From positions 480,001 through 544,000 of the forward strand of contig JBHYGA010000004.1 of NCBI GenBank assembly GCA_051859245.1: DNA of 64,000 nucleotides, given 5' to 3'. Under the pieces are notes generated by a model. The model had not been told where the DNA came from. It did no database searches and worked only from the letters and a program-made list of their open reading frames with translations. The stretch is from Gemmatimonadaceae bacterium. Lineage in GTDB: Bacteria > Gemmatimonadota > Gemmatimonadetes > Gemmatimonadales > Gemmatimonadaceae. The first letter of the stretch is position 1. Every line of letters starts with the position of its first letter. Positions 30,140 through 40,310 of this stretch are shown here, piece by piece. Both the position numbers and the translations under genes were made by a program.

Positions 30140-30939
30140 TGCAGAGTTCTCCCGGTGAGCCACACTAGGGCCCAGAATGCGTCGAGCACAAGAATCATCA
30201 CTGCCGAAATCACGACCGCGCGTGTGGCGGCTCCACCAACACCTTGCGCACCGCCCTTGGCATTGAGGCCCGCATAACAGCCAATGAGTGACACCGCCGT
30301 ACCAAAACTCGCCGACTTCACCAATCCGTAGCGCACATCAAACTCGGTGAAAAACAGGCGCACGCCTTTCACAAACTGCGCCGTGCTCACGTCAATCAAC
30401 AGCAATGCTGCCAACCAGCCACTCAACACACCAACGAGCATGGCCGCAGCCACCACAATCGGAAACATGAGCGTGCCGGCGAGCACGCGCGGCACCACGA
30501 GATACGCGTACGGATCGTAGGCGAGTGTTTCCAGTGCGTCGATCTGTTCCGTCACCTTCATGGTGCCAATTTCGGCCGCAATGTTGGCGCCCACACGACC
30601 GGCGAGTGCCAGTCCGGTGAGCACCGGCGCGAGCTCCATAGTGATGGTTTTCTGCACCAGCGTGCCCACAAAGTACGGCGGCACCAGATCACCCACCGAG
30701 TAGTCGGCGAGCATGGCCAGCACGATGCCGGTAAAGAGCGCGATGAAAATGCCGATTGGAATGGAGTCCACGCCAAGCACACGCGCGTGCAGTGACGCGT
30801 GTGGCCACCACGTGGCGGTGTCTGGTACCGCGCGCGCCGTTTCACGCACGAATCGCGCGGCGCGACCGATGGCCTCCATGCCTCGGCGCACCACACCACC
30901 CGTGCGCGCAACAAATGACACGCTCGTGGTCTGCGTCAT
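30136..30939 (-). CDS. mlaE: MlaE family ABC permease
   Basis: ELAPVLTGL, GRVGANIAAEIGTMKVTEQIDAL, LVVPR. Confidence 0.92.
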   Translation of the reverse strand: MTQTTSVSFVARTGGVVRRGMEAIGRAARFVRETARAVPDTATWWPHASLHARVLGVDSIPIGIFIALFTGIVLAMLADYSVGDLVPPYFVGTLVQKTITMELAPVLTGLALAGRVGANIAAEIGTMKVTEQIDALETLAYDPYAYLVVPRVLAGTLMFPIVVAAAMLVGVLSGWLAALLLIDVSTAQFVKGVRLFFTEFDVRYGLVKSASFGTAVSLIGCYAGLNAKGGAQGVGGAATRAVVISAVMILVLDAFWALVWLTGRTLQ

Positions 30940-30988
30940 GACAGACGACCCGCTCGGCGGTGACAATGCATCGCTGCAAATTGCGTGA

Positions 30989-32290
30989 TCACCGCGCGAC
31001 AAGCCATGTGCCGAGGATCAATCCGGCACCACTGGCCAGCGCGAGGGCAATCAATCCAGTGCTGGCGCGCTTCTGAAACGCACGCGACCCCAGGGTGAGG
31101 GTGAGCGTGAGTTTGAGCAATGTGTTGGCAAGCAATCCCACCGCAATGGCCGTGGCGGCCAGCTGACGTTTGGATGCGTCGGCGCCGAGTCGCGACATGG
31201 AGAGGGTGAGTGCGTCCATGTCGGTCAGGCCAAGTGCGGCTGCCGTTACGAGCACGCCGGGTGTGCCAACGGTTTCCTGCAGCCACGCGATGATGAGCAG
31301 CACCACCTGAAAGGCGAGCGCCATTTGCACAGACTGCCAGAGGCCGAGTGGATTGCGCACGCCGTTGCTGCTGGTGGTGGTGGCTGGTGTGTTCGTTTGC
31401 GCTGTGTGTGTGCTGCGCGATTCACGCAACAGAACAAACGTCACGATGCCCGCACCCACAAGAAACGGTGGTGCAAGAAAGGGCAGCACCGCACCACCAA
31501 CATTCGGCTCGAGCAACGAGGACACAATGATCACGCGCGGCACGAGCACCGTGCATGCGGCCACCACACCAAGGCCCAGCGGCTCGGCATACTCCGGTTC
31601 GTTTTTACTTTTGCGACTGAAGTGCAGCGTGACGGCAGTGCTGGAGACAAATCCGCCGAGCAATCCGGTTACGCCATAGCCGCGTTCGTTGCCCACCACT
31701 TGCCGTGCGACATAGCCGGCAAAGTTGAGTCCGGAAAAGAGCAGCACTACAATCCACAGTTCACGCGGACGAATCGCGTCGTACGGACCAAAGCTGCCAC
31801 TCGGCAGCAGCGGCAGCACCACGAGCGCGAGCACGGCGAACTGCAGCGCGGCGCGCATTTCATGTTCGTCAACTCTTTTGAGCCACCCCTGCACGCGTGA
31901 TTTTTCAATCAGCGCGAAGGCCATGAGCGCAGTGAGTCCGCTGGCGAGTGCGAGCCAGCCGAGTCCGGCCATGGTGCCTACCGCGAGCACGGCAAGCGCC
32001 GCGGTTTCGGTGGTGCCGTCGGTGGTGGCGCCGGGGCGTCTTACGGCCATGATGTAGGCTGACACGCTGAGTGCGGCGCCGCCGGCCAGCAGCGCGCCCG
32101 CGGCCCAGAGAAATCCACTGGTTAACAGGAGTCCCGCCACGCCGCCGAGTCCGCCGAGCAGGGCGAAGGTGCGTACACCGGCAAAGCGGGCGTCGGGGCC
32201 GCTGGTGTGTCCCGACCACTCGCGCTCCACGCCCACCGCCAATCCGGTCAGTGTTGCGACAGCAAGGTTGGCGGCGGCGTCCAGGTCCAT
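30989..32290 (-). CDS. MgtC/SapB family membrane protein (DUF4010-like C-terminus)
   Basis: GLAVGVERE, AGVRTF, GTTTE, GGFVSSTAVT, GLTDMDA. Confidence 0.88.
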   Translation of the reverse strand: MDLDAAANLAVATLTGLAVGVEREWSGHTSGPDARFAGVRTFALLGGLGGVAGLLLTSGFLWAAGALLAGGAALSVSAYIMAVRRPGATTDGTTETAALAVLAVGTMAGLGWLALASGLTALMAFALIEKSRVQGWLKRVDEHEMRAALQFAVLALVVLPLLPSGSFGPYDAIRPRELWIVVLLFSGLNFAGYVARQVVGNERGYGVTGLLGGFVSSTAVTLHFSRKSKNEPEYAEPLGLGVVAACTVLVPRVIIVSSLLEPNVGGAVLPFLAPPFLVGAGIVTFVLLRESRSTHTAQTNTPATTTSSNGVRNPLGLWQSVQMALAFQVVLLIIAWLQETVGTPGVLVTAAALGLTDMDALTLSMSRLGADASKRQLAATAIAVGLLANTLLKLTLTLTLGSRAFQKRASTGLIALALASGAGLILGTWLVAR

Positions 32291-32393
32291 GTGGGCAGGA
32301 TCGGTCGCGGTGCCTCGCGCGGCAAGGGGGAGTCGCCCTACACCATTGCGGGAACTTGTCGCGCGGCATATCCTTTCATCCGGATAATCAAAT

Positions 32394-33356
32394 ATGACAG
32401 CCCCCGCGCGCTCCCTCGTTCACGATCGACTCGCCACCCTGGCCGACGCTACGCGCTGTCGGCTGCTGCTGGCTGTGGACGGGCGCGAGCTCACGGTTGG
32501 GGAGCTGTGCCAGGCGCTGCAGCTGCCGCAGAGCACGGTGAGTCGGCATTTGCGGGTACTGGTCGACGCGGACTGGACAATGTCCCGAGCCGAAGGCGCC
32601 AGCCGCTGGTACAGCCTCTCGGCGCTGCTCGACGAACACGCCCGCGACCTGTGGACACTGGTGCGCTCTTCTGTCGAAGTGACGCCGGCCGCGCTGCAGG
32701 ACCAGGCGCGCATTGAGGCCGTGATTGCTGAGCGACGGGCACGGTCGGAGGCGTTTTTTGCCGACGCGGCCGGAGAGTGGGAGACCACACGCACTTCATT
32801 GTATGGCGCGCGCTCCGACCTCGCCGCCACACTCGCCCTGCTCGATTCACGCTGGATTGTGGGCGACCTCGGCTGCGGCACCGGTGTGCTCAGCGCGGCG
32901 CTGGCGCCGGTAGTGCAACGTGTGGTTGCTGTAGATGCGTCGGCTGCCATGCTCGAGGCCGCGCGTGCGCGCACCACAGCGTTTGACAACGTGGATGTGC
33001 GCGAAGGCACGCTTGAAGCGTTGCCGCTCGTTGATGCTTCACTCGACGTGGCCGTGTTGATGCTGGTGCTGCATCACGTGGCCGAACCGCTGCGTGTGCT
33101 GCGCGAAGTGCGACGTGTGCTCAAGCCCGGCGGACGTGTGCTGGTGTGCGACATGCGCGCGCACGAACGCGAAGAGTATCGCGTGATGATGGGACACGTG
33201 TGGCTCGGTTTTGACGAAACCGTGATGCAGGAGTGGTGTGTGCAAGCCGGGTTCGCGAACGTGCGCTATCTGCCGCTGCCGGTGGATACCTCGGTGAGTG
33301 GTCCGGCGATGTTTGTGTTAACGGCGGAAGCCGATTCAGAAGACTGTATCGACTGA
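32394..33356 (+). CDS. sahR: ArsR-HTH + SAM-methyltransferase domain regulator (SahR-like)
   Basis: LPQSTVSRHL HTH, DLGCGTG SAM motif; directly upstream of ahcY. Confidence 0.85.
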   Translation: MTAPARSLVHDRLATLADATRCRLLLAVDGRELTVGELCQALQLPQSTVSRHLRVLVDADWTMSRAEGASRWYSLSALLDEHARDLWTLVRSSVEVTPAALQDQARIEAVIAERRARSEAFFADAAGEWETTRTSLYGARSDLAATLALLDSRWIVGDLGCGTGVLSAALAPVVQRVVAVDASAAMLEAARARTTAFDNVDVREGTLEALPLVDASLDVAVLMLVLHHVAEPLRVLREVRRVLKPGGRVLVCDMRAHEREEYRVMMGHVWLGFDETVMQEWCVQAGFANVRYLPLPVDTSVSGPAMFVLTAEADSEDCID

Positions 33357-33369
33357 CTGTATTGATTGA

Positions 33370-34953
<1,584 letters not shown>

Positions 34954-34982
34954 TGAGGTCGGTGGTGCAAGGTGTGATGGAT

Positions 34983-35020
34983 GCAGCGCGGTTGCCATGT
35001 GGCGGCCGCGCTGTATTGTT
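34983..35020 (+). terminator. Hairpin after ahcY, terminator-like
   Basis: Stem GCAGCGCGGTTGCCA/TGGCGGCCGCGCTGT followed by ATTGTTT. Confidence 0.6.
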
Positions 35021-35117
35021 TGCGATGCGGTCTTTTCGCATCCGGAAAGTGTCCCGCGCTCGGCGAGCAGTTCATCTGCAGCCATCCGTTGCGAGGGTAC
35101 GTTCGGTCATTCATGCT

Positions 35118-36488
35118 ATGCCCACCGCTGCTCGTCCCACACTCTCCGTCGGCGGAGCAAAGGTGCCAAAGCACAAGTTGAGGGACGGCCGAAATCTGAT
35201 TAAAGGCCTGGCGGAGCTTGGCTCTGCTCTCGGCTACACAGTGAAGGAAGAGGTTCCGGTGGTCGTCAGACGCACTAGGCCCCCTGCAATCGATATAGCT
35301 TGGTTCCGTGAGGAGGGACAAGATTTTCCACTAATGATCTTCGAGGTTGAGAGTCGCGCAACCAACTCGGCAGCTAATAACGCTGTGAAGGTATTTGGGC
35401 AGCCGAACGAGCGATTCCAGAAGCCTCTCTTCTTCTTTCACTTATTCCTCTCCTCTGGTGGCGAGACATCAAGGCTTGAGACTCTCCGTTTCCAGTTCGG
35501 GTCGCATCACTACCGCACTTACTCCTTAGATCAACGCGACTCAACGCTCTTAGTAACCGATGTCCTGTCACATCATCGCCGCCTTAGCAGACAGCTCGAT
35601 ATTGAAAGGTTGGCGTCGGCACTGAATGGCGACTCTTGGCACGACGTTGAACTCGACGTCGTGCTTAAGCATGCTGAAGCTGAAGGCTTTGACGCGCGTT
35701 TTCTCATCAGGTATTGCGAGCTAGGCAGAAGCATACCGCACTTCCGAGAACACTATCTTCGCCTAGTGGAGGAACTAGGGGCATCGGACCTAGATACGCC
35801 AGCATCGTCGAACTACGACAGTCATATCGGATACTGGTGGAATCAGCCGCTCCACATCGGATTGCTAGCGGTTCACCGACCAGACAAATGCGACTATCTT
35901 AACTCGCTCCAGCACTGGCAGAAAAATTCATCGGGTCTCACGCGAATAGGACCGCACTTCGGTTTGTCGCGCGATTACGATGATTTCCTGCTGGGGATTG
36001 CGCCGGCGTTCCTGGCTCTACTTGCGGCGCTGCTGTCCTCGGTGCCCAATGCTGGTCGCTATGTTGCAGATCTCTACCGCCCATTGCTTGATCACCTGCA
36101 ACAAGCGCCTATGGAAGCATCGTTTGGTCTCGCGCTGTGGCTCCTACAAGTTGCCGCGTCCATGCGGGACGCCGAGCGATACGAGTTCGCTAGGAAGTAC
36201 GTAAATCATCGCGGGGGCGTTTCTGCGAGTCTGATTTACAATCCGCCAAGTCTTGTGCAGTTCTCTGAATTCGATGAGGCGTGGAGCGAGGCAATTAACG
36301 AGCCTTCCGATCCCGTTCCATCGATGGCCGACTATCTGCGACGCTTGCAATTGCAACATTTTGGCGGCCCTACGTCTGACGACCTGCTCACTTCAATCGT
36401 TATGGATGTCCTAACCGATGATAAGTTCCTTCTTGGGTGGGCGCCTCGAGTTCTGCGGGCGCTCCACTCGAGAGGAATTTCAGCATGA
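35118..36488 (+). CDS. Hypothetical protein with N-terminal PD-(D/E)xK-like nuclease motif
   Basis: E..V...IDIAW...MIFEVES pattern; long helical C-terminal region. Confidence 0.6.
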   Translation: MPTAARPTLSVGGAKVPKHKLRDGRNLIKGLAELGSALGYTVKEEVPVVVRRTRPPAIDIAWFREEGQDFPLMIFEVESRATNSAANNAVKVFGQPNERFQKPLFFFHLFLSSGGETSRLETLRFQFGSHHYRTYSLDQRDSTLLVTDVLSHHRRLSRQLDIERLASALNGDSWHDVELDVVLKHAEAEGFDARFLIRYCELGRSIPHFREHYLRLVEELGASDLDTPASSNYDSHIGYWWNQPLHIGLLAVHRPDKCDYLNSLQHWQKNSSGLTRIGPHFGLSRDYDDFLLGIAPAFLALLAALLSSVPNAGRYVADLYRPLLDHLQQAPMEASFGLALWLLQVAASMRDAERYEFARKYVNHRGGVSASLIYNPPSLVQFSEFDEAWSEAINEPSDPVPSMADYLRRLQLQHFGGPTSDDLLTSIVMDVLTDDKFLLGWAPRVLRALHSRGISA

Positions 36489-36596
36489 CGAACGTTCGAG
36501 GCGGCGGGATCTGCGCGGTCCCTCTCAATCTTACGTTGACTGCTTGCATTCGCGCTTGGATCTAGCGTGCACAATCACGAAAGACCCCCGCGGTAT

Positions 36597-37571
36597 TCAT
36601 CTTCTGCACAGTGCGTTGGGAACGTTCGCATCGACAAAAGCTTGGAGTTCGTTCATCACTGGCAGCTGCCGAGCGGATTCTAGCTCCACAACCATTGTTC
36701 CGGCGCAGCACTTGCGAGCGGGTCTCCCTGCAGCGGCTAGCGGCTGTAGGTGGACGGGATGCTCATTTGGAAGCACCGCACAACAGTGCTCAGATAGCTG
36801 CGTACAGGCGATATTTACGTTTGGATTGTGCGCCCTCAAAGCCGTAATCACTTCTGGGCGTGGAGTGCCGAACTTGCCTCGGCCGATCGAGAAAACAACT
36901 GACTTCGGCTGTACCAGTTCGCACACGAGTCTCACAAATTCGTCACCGGAGCTATTCGCTGCGCCGCCGTGGTGAGGGAAGACGAGGATAGGCGCACGAA
37001 AATCAGAGTCGGACGTACGATTGGCGAGAGCCACGGCATCGATGTCGGCGGCAAGGAGGATCGCGGGAACCGAATCAAAGTCAATCCTCACGCTTGCGCT
37101 AAGCGTATTGGTCGTGATCCGCTTTCCATGGCGGTCAAAACTTCCTACGCCCTCCAGAACCAGGTGCGCTGGGGGGGAGACGATGCAAAGCTTCACACGG
37201 CCGAGCGTTAGATCGTCGCGACCTCCACTCGCGAGGCCGACTGCGAGCTTCGCTTGGTTCAAACCAAGTGCAACCTTCAAGGAACTCCACGTCCCTGTGT
37301 CCTTAAAACTGTCCTGATTCACGTGTACACAGCCAACCCGGAAACGGTCAGCACTCAGAACCGCGATGGCGCCACCGATATGATCGTGGTCGGCGTGAGA
37401 CAAATAGATCGCATCAATCTTGTAAATGCCTGCAGCGTCAAGAAACTCGAGAAGAGTGCTTCCAGGCCCAGCATCCACAACAACTAGTCCCTCGTCAGAT
37501 CTTACGACCGCGCAGTTGCCATGCCCAACATCGAGAACGGTGACGCTAGCTCCGTTTGGTTTCGGATTCAT
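36597..37571 (-). CDS. ComEC/Rec2-like metallo-beta-lactamase hydrolase (soluble)
   Basis: LDVGHGN, VDAG, SHADHDHIGG, AAD, PHHG; no TM segments; Cys/His-rich C-terminus. Confidence 0.85.
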   Translation of the reverse strand: MNPKPNGASVTVLDVGHGNCAVVRSDEGLVVVDAGPGSTLLEFLDAAGIYKIDAIYLSHADHDHIGGAIAVLSADRFRVGCVHVNQDSFKDTGTWSSLKVALGLNQAKLAVGLASGGRDDLTLGRVKLCIVSPPAHLVLEGVGSFDRHGKRITTNTLSASVRIDFDSVPAILLAADIDAVALANRTSDSDFRAPILVFPHHGGAANSSGDEFVRLVCELVQPKSVVFSIGRGKFGTPRPEVITALRAHNPNVNIACTQLSEHCCAVLPNEHPVHLQPLAAAGRPARKCCAGTMVVELESARQLPVMNELQAFVDANVPNALCRR

Positions 37572-37576
37572 TATCG

Positions 37577-38248
37577 CTACACCTCGCGCCATTCAGCGAA
37601 GTACAAGTCACTCGATGTCACTGCCCCCAAATTCACTTCAGCAAGTAGGTGGTCAGCTCCACCGAGGATCGCACTCTGTATGTTCGGTGGAAGATCCCGA
37701 AGATGAATGGAAATCAGTTTCTGTGGATCCCATCCCGGCACGACCACCATGCAGTCTTCGCTGCCGCTCACCGAATCATCGAGATCTTCGATGCGAACGA
37801 GCGTACGCCAAGGCCGACGATGCTCAGCCACTCGACCCTCGATCTCAGCGATGCAGGTGTTGATCGCGGCAAGCAGCGTCTCGGGACTGAGCTCCGCTGT
37901 CGGAATCACAACGGGGATGAACTTGCGATGAGGACGCAGATCCTCACTCAGGTCATCGGTCATTCGGGAGCAAAGAATTGCTGGCACTCCTGCCGCATTC
38001 AGGCCTGCCACAATCAAGCCGCCATCTACGGAAGCGTAATTCTTCTTCCGAAGGTGATAGTCGCATAACACGGCTGCGTTAGCGGAGGCACGCTTTCGCA
38101 GGTCGTCAACACCACGTACAGGGGCCTCAACTTCAATAGCAAGCAAATAGCTATCTTTGACGAGCTCTCCGAGAGCATCACGGCTATCTGGTTGATCGTC
38201 AACGATCAGAACCTGTTCGATTGTGTGTCCCTTCAAGGCAAGATTCAC
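37577..38248 (-). CDS. Receiver-domain protein with unknown beta-rich C-terminal domain
   Basis: VLIVDD, VLCDYHL phosphoacceptor, PAILCS; GTG start 1 nt after the kinase stop. Confidence 0.75.
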   Translation of the reverse strand: MNLALKGHTIEQVLIVDDQPDSRDALGELVKDSYLLAIEVEAPVRGVDDLRKRASANAAVLCDYHLRKKNYASVDGGLIVAGLNAAGVPAILCSRMTDDLSEDLRPHRKFIPVVIPTAELSPETLLAAINTCIAEIEGRVAEHRRPWRTLVRIEDLDDSVSGSEDCMVVVPGWDPQKLISIHLRDLPPNIQSAILGGADHLLAEVNLGAVTSSDLYFAEWREV

Positions 38249-38249
38249 T

Positions 38250-40310
38250 TTAGGCTCCCATAATCGGCAGCTCGATTCGAAAAGTTGCTCCCCCAAGTTC
38301 CCCTGCGGCTTCAGCGGAGACTTTCCCGCCCAAGTCCTTGACCGTATCTCTGACAATTGTAAGCCCCAATCCGGTACCGCTCGCGCGTGTGGTCTCTCCC
38401 GGAAGCCAAATCGAGCCAAGAGAGATGCCAGTGATGCCCGGGCCGTTGTCCAAGACCTCAATCACGCAGCTTTCGCCTAGTACGTGTGTTCGCAGCTCGA
38501 TAACACGCTCTCCGATGCCTGCCAGCTCAAAAGCATTTACGCAGTTGTTGATCAGGTTCGTAACGAGGGACTCTAACGCGGCCTCCGTTCCTTGATAGTA
38601 CGGAGAAGCGATAGCTAATGTTTGACGAACCTCGACGTCACGCCCCTCGAGGAATGGAGTAAAAGTCTTGACCACTCGGGAAACAACTTCGTGAACATCA
38701 ACCCGTCCGCGTCGACGCTTGTCACGCCGGACTAGACTCAGAGTTGCAGATGCGAGCACGGAAAGTGCGGAAACCGCACGCCGCACAGACTCAACTGGTT
38801 TCTCGAGTATCGATCCGAATCTTTCGCTGAGTGCTTTTTTGCCCCGCCTCTCAATAGTATTGATAGACGCCTCAATAACTTTGAGTGGATTGCCAGCACT
38901 TTCGTGAGCAAAAGTCGCTGCCGTAATACCCGCTGTACTTAGAGTGCGATAGAGCTGCACCTCTTTGTGAAGAGTCTGAATTTCCTTCTTTCGCGCACGA
39001 TCATACCTTTCGAATGCGGCAGAAAATCGCTCGCGTGTACGCGCAGGCGCTTTTTGGATGGCAAAATCGACTGCCTCTTTCGCTTTCGAGCTTCGTGTGG
39101 GGGCCTCAGTGCGTCGTCTAGCTCGTCTCTCCTCCGCGTCTTGCATTCTACATCGCGCCATCCATTCCAAGCAGTCTATGGCAAACCGACGGAGTTCGAG
39201 ATAGTCGGGTCCCTCGATCAGTCCACTTCGGTCGGTCTTTTGCACCAGTCGACCTTGAGTATCGGAAACCACAACTCGACCGATAGAGTTATTCGTCGAA
39301 GGCCGCTCTTCTGGGCTGCGTACTCTGCGAAGATTCATCTCCAACCAATCGTTGGTCGGGCCTCCGTACGGACTAACTCTTAATCCATTCTGATAGAGAT
39401 GCACGCCGCCGAACTCTTTGAGCCAGACTCTGACTTCACTAAGTGTGGACTTTCGTAACTCGAACGAAGCCGATGTTAGAACGAAAGACCAGAGGTCGAA
39501 GCTTGCGTCGGGGCAGCGGTAGAGCTCTCCCTCGCTAGCGGAACTGAGTTCGCTGTGTGCGGCCTCGTAGAGCGGCTTGCCACGAAAGTCCACAACTCGT
39601 GCTCGTGCTATTCCGCCTTCAAGTGTTGCGACAAGGTGATAGTCCGCGTCTCCGAAGTAGCGCTCTGCCACCAGCCGCGAGAACTCGGCGTATTCCGGAG
39701 CTTTGAGTTCCGGACGAAATCCTACGGTCTGGTCGTCAAAAGGATCTGCGAGCAGCACAAGCGCCCTAGCTAGTCGACGAACCTCGTGCGCACCTACGGG
39801 ATTTCGAAGGTTGCAGAGCTCGATGTGAGTCCCGTATCGTGGCGAAACTGCCAGCTGTTGGTGCAGGGGGAGCAGAACATCATCCACGAGTGACGCTTCA
39901 TCGAACTTCTGCCAATCCAGCGCTAAGGAAACCTCGGTTGGACGTCCCGCGCGTGAAACCGACGTCACAATCGCTCGAGTGCCAAGTCGAAGCGCCGCGA
40001 GCCTTCCTAGGCCTTTGTTGCCCGCTGGAACGCGGCCTTTCGTGGTTAGTTGCGAGATCGACTTGCGTGAGCTTCCAAGAACAAGCCAACCGTCGATAAT
40101 GTCGTCAGATGTCATCCCGATGCCATCATCAGAGATGATGATGGATCCACCGGGCTTGAGTGTGTCGCGCAGCTCAATTACGCATCGCGACGCGTCGGCA
40201 TCGTAGGCATTCTTGACCAACTCGAGGACGCCTTGGTCAAGGCTTGGATTAAGCTCCTCACCTAGACGACGCAATATCTCGGTAGAAAAGCGAAAGCGCG
40301 CTTCTTTCAA
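38250..40310 (-). CDS. GHKL (MORC/HSP90-like) ATPase fused to a histidine kinase
   Basis: ELVKNAYDA, DDGIGM, GNKGLGR; then FAHES H-box, NLINN, DNGPGI, GTGLGL; TTG start overlaps the MTase TGA. Confidence 0.88.
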   Translation of the reverse strand: MKEARFRFSTEILRRLGEELNPSLDQGVLELVKNAYDADASRCVIELRDTLKPGGSIIISDDGIGMTSDDIIDGWLVLGSSRKSISQLTTKGRVPAGNKGLGRLAALRLGTRAIVTSVSRAGRPTEVSLALDWQKFDEASLVDDVLLPLHQQLAVSPRYGTHIELCNLRNPVGAHEVRRLARALVLLADPFDDQTVGFRPELKAPEYAEFSRLVAERYFGDADYHLVATLEGGIARARVVDFRGKPLYEAAHSELSSASEGELYRCPDASFDLWSFVLTSASFELRKSTLSEVRVWLKEFGGVHLYQNGLRVSPYGGPTNDWLEMNLRRVRSPEERPSTNNSIGRVVVSDTQGRLVQKTDRSGLIEGPDYLELRRFAIDCLEWMARCRMQDAEERRARRRTEAPTRSSKAKEAVDFAIQKAPARTRERFSAAFERYDRARKKEIQTLHKEVQLYRTLSTAGITAATFAHESAGNPLKVIEASINTIERRGKKALSERFGSILEKPVESVRRAVSALSVLASATLSLVRRDKRRRGRVDVHEVVSRVVKTFTPFLEGRDVEVRQTLAIASPYYQGTEAALESLVTNLINNCVNAFELAGIGERVIELRTHVLGESCVIEVLDNGPGITGISLGSIWLPGETTRASGTGLGLTIVRDTVKDLGGKVSAEAAGELGGATFRIELPIMGA

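Noticed and set aside
36597..37571. Competence gene comEC
   Set aside because: Only the soluble MBL domain is present, with no membrane channel domain, and the context is an MTase operon
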